A stretch of 62,286 bases of DNA, the filler included, from Globobulimina sp. (lineage: Eukaryota): the NCBI GenBank assembly GCA_003354225.1. It is 36 parts of 36 records of this genome, joined end to end, with 100 filler letters (N's around TTAATTAATTAA, not from the genome) between each part and the next. Parts side by side here need not be neighbours in the genome. Positions count along the whole stretch, not along the records: positions 58,917 to 60,551 come from PIVH01013816.1; positions 60,652 to 62,286 come from PIVH01013817.1; 34 more parts are not named here. One strand, given 5' to 3'. The notes beneath the pieces were generated by a model. That model was not told the origin of the DNA. It ran no database searches and saw nothing but the letters and a program-made list of their open reading frames with translations. A program made the position numbers and the translations under genes. Below, one piece after another: positions 59,017-62,286 of this stretch; the stretch's first letter is position 1, and the number at the start of each line of letters is the position of its first letter.

Positions 59017-60428
59017 TCACATCTTTGTCCCCTCAATATCCAGTGCTTTACTGTTAGTCTCACTGTCCTGTTTCGGTGTTGATTTTATTAAAATAACAGG
59101 TTCAGTTTTGAAATATTCAGCGCGCTCCAAGCAATCCGCAGTTATAAACCCGTACCAATTCCGTATTAAACCTTGACTGAACGGATAATCGCATAAACAA
59201 AAGCCCATTCCGATGCACATTTTCCTCATCAACACCCATGGCCCCGGTATGCCTCTGTCCCTTTGCTGCAACGCTGTCGCTGTAACGTGTGTCGACGTCG
59301 CTGGACTCCCATTTTCTTGTTCATAGTCCAATCGCTGTCTCAATTTCTTAGGCTTTAGAAACTCATAAGTTGTCTGTTGAGTGCATACCAAATAGGAATG
59401 AAACGACACTAAAGACGCTGCCATAAAACCTTGATACAACATCCATAAAAACAGCAATATCCGCCATATCCAACCAACATTGGATCGATCTGACGATTCA
59501 CTGTAAAATAAGCAATCCGTTGCGATAAAAAAAGACCATCCCGACACTATTAATTGGCTCCAGCATAAAACATAAAATTGTCTGTAATTCTTGGCGCCAA
59601 CACATTGTTCAATTAATGGGCAATGATGGTCGAAGCGCGGGACGCATCTATCGCACATATAACAGTGTTTGGCCCTCAATGGACGCAGGAATTTGCAGCT
59701 ATATATAGCATGGCCACATTTTGAGTGCGAGGATATTTTAAAGTGGAAACAGAAACAATTACAAATGGATACCTTCTGCAGAAAGAGGGCGGAGTCGCAC
59801 CATTCGGGTCGATTTGAGTGAGGGTGGCGCCGTTATTTGCTTCTATGTCGACAGTGACACTGTGAGCGGCCGCGGATAATAATGACACGACTTCATCTTC
59901 ATTTTTTTTCAGATTTTTGTCGGTGGCGTTGGGGAAGGCGTCGGAAGAAAGAAAGCCTGGCTCAGAGAGGGAGGACCACAGAAATAAGATCAGTGACAAG
60001 ATCTGCAATCCGTGGAACAGTAAGATTTTGTCATACATATTGTTGTCGTAATAATATCGCAATGGCGACTCGGATAAGCTCCAAATCCAAATGGCAGCGA
60101 TGCAATTTTGTAAGGTATGATTGCCTCTTCTCGCCCATTGACGTAATTGTCTTTTTCGTCTTCGTTTTTCATAGTCTTTGGCTGTTAATTCTTCATATTG
60201 GTCATGGCCGTGGTTGCATTGTTTGTGCTTTTTATGGTCGCAATCTGCTGCATGTTCGCCGTGTGAATAATGAACCGATTTATTATCATGTTTGTGTTTA
60301 CAATTTGCTCCATGTTTGTGATGATCGGTGAAGGTATGGCCATGATTATGGTGATTCTGATGGTGATGATGATGTCCATGGCCATGCGAGTGGTTACAGT
60401 TTGGACCATGTTTGTGTTCGTGTGCCAT
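59017..60428 (-). CDS. DHHC palmitoyltransferase with a His-rich N-terminus, intron 59699-59772
   Basis: [31 protein letters not shown]...CVGAKNY, TTYE. Confidence 0.92.
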
Positions 60429-60651
60429 GTTCAGGTTAATGACTTACTGAGGAAAGGATTTTCTGAAAAACATACATCACATTCAATATTAATAGAACAC
60501 AACAAAAATTTGAATCATATTTTATTTAATACTTAAAGGGGCAATTTTTTTNNNNNNNNNNNNNNNNNNNNNNNNNNNNNNNNNNNNNNNNNNNNTTAAT
60601 TAATTAANNNNNNNNNNNNNNNNNNNNNNNNNNNNNNNNNNNNNNNNNNNN

Positions 60652-61845
60652 CTGCCCCCAATCCACACCGAATATTTCCTTTCTGGCGGAGCCACGATTT
60701 TAACCTTAATACTGGCCGGAGCCAAAGCGGTCATCTCTTTGGTTAAACGAACATCAATGCCGGGAAACATTGTCGTGCCGCCGGATAACACCGTATTGGT
60801 ATACAAATCTCGTCGAATATCCACATCGCATTTCATAATGGATTCATACGCCAATTTATGAATACCTTCACTCTCTTTGCCAATAAAAGCCGGTTTAAAT
60901 AATACTTCCGAACAACGAAATCTTTCCGCCCCGATTGTAATAACTTGGCCATCCGGCAACTCATAATTTTTCTCAATATCCGACGACGTTTCTGCTTTTT
61001 TTAATTCCTCATCATAATTTTCAGCAACATACGCCAATTTCTCTTTGATATCCCGCACAATCTCTCGTTCTGCAGAAGTCGTAAAGGAATAACCTCTCTC
61101 CGTCAAGATTTTCATTAAATAATCGGTTAAATCACGGCCTGCTAAATCCTAAAAAGCATAAAAAAATATATATATTTTAATGCGAATTTGCGTACGTAAA
61201 AAATATTTTGTTTAATAATGACATACCAATCGTAAAATAGCATGCGGCAAAGCATAACCTTCATAAATAGGCACGGTATGCGATACTCCATCACCGCAAT
61301 CTAATACCATGCCGGTGGTTCTTCCGGACGCATATAAACTTAATACAGCTTGGATACCAACATACATTGCCGGCACATTGAAGGTTTCGAACATAATTTG
61401 GGTCATTTTCTCACGATTTGCTTTGGGATTTAATGGAGCTTCGGTTAATAATACAGAGTGTTCTTCCGTTTCAATTCGTAATTCATTGCAGAATGTATGA
61501 TGCCAAATCTTCTCCATATCATCCCACGAGGTGACGATACCGTGTTCAATCGGATATTTTAAGGATAAGATACCTCGCTTGGATTGTGCTTCATCGCCAA
61601 CATAGGTATCTTTTTGCGCCATACCTTGCATTACACCTCGATGACGAGGTCTACCTACGATCGATGGAAAAACTACATATAAACATTTTGTTGTTGTATT
61701 ATAAAAAAAGTGAGAAAGCAAAAAAAATACCAGTTCTTGGTGCATCATCACCAGCAAATCCAGCTTTGACCATTCCAGAACCATTATCAACAACTAATGA
61801 TTGGACATCATCTTCACCACCATCACTATAATCAGTATCAGACAT
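60652..61845 (-). CDS. ACT: Actin with two introns, 3' partial
   Basis: [58 protein letters not shown]. Confidence 0.98.
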
Positions 61846-62286
61846 GATTTAATTTTAATTTTAATTGGTTTTGTTGTAGAAGAATGTGTGGAGAAAAAGT
61901 GTTTTGTTGAAGCCAACTAAATTACTTAATCCTTTCTAACAGGCGAATTTGTAAAAAGTGTTTTCTAACACGTCCTATTCTAAAGTATGCAAAGGGAACA
62001 CTTGGTATTGCATTATACCACGATCAATATTGAATATTTGATGTCTGTTATTTTTCAACAATATTCGACAAAAATGGTACTATTAAGAAAAAAACGTAGT
62101 ACTATTTGTGGAAGTAGTAATAAATGATGAAGTTAATTAAAAAAACACACAACATAAAAACTAATATATTTTTAAAGGGTTGATCAAAAATATAAATTGT
62201 GTTATAAATTAAATCCAAAATAAATTAAACTACAATACTTGTATCTATATTATATATATAACTAATGCAACGAGAAAAACAATAAA

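Noticed and set aside
1638-60651. Regularly spaced TTAATTAATTAA repeats resembling an array, and ORFs ending in XXXX-LIN
   Set aside because: Artificial linker between contigs, not biology. Gene neighbourhoods across linkers are meaningless.

Overview
This window is not one locus. It is a concatenation of 36 length-sorted short contigs (1637/1636/1635 bp, plus one of 1517 bp) joined by an artificial 100-nt spacer (N44-TTAATTAATTAA-N44), so nothing can be inferred about synteny across spacers. Most contigs are AT-rich eukaryotic genomic DNA with short GT-AG introns (mostly about 65-100 nt). Actin, SKP1 and the protein families present suggest a protist, probably a foraminiferan (inference). 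There is also one bacterial-looking contig and one bacterial/eukaryotic chimera, as expected for amplified single-cell or metagenomic material. Recognisable genes include AGC kinases, TCF25/Rqc1, an intron-containing cyanophycinase, a PLS-like PPR protein, type II NADH dehydrogenase, GH92 mannosidase, SKP1, Ras, a GGC1-like carrier, a DHHC palmitoyltransferase, actin and a CRE-like retrotransposon. Best leads missing from the ORF track: (1) a 545-codon minus-strand ORF filling contig 1, with a WRN/RNase D-type exonuclease that carries a large insertion; (2) a 139-bp TA-target MITE seen as a filled/empty pair inside a tandem gene duplication; (3) a second MITE expanding a 65-nt intron; (4) a circular or tandem contig with Nup98-like GLEBS and FG relics; (5) a tRNA-like SINE with an 8-nt anticodon loop; (6) an orphan structured RNA-like island; (7) several pseudo-enzymes. 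All family assignments come from motif recognition by eye, not from database searches.
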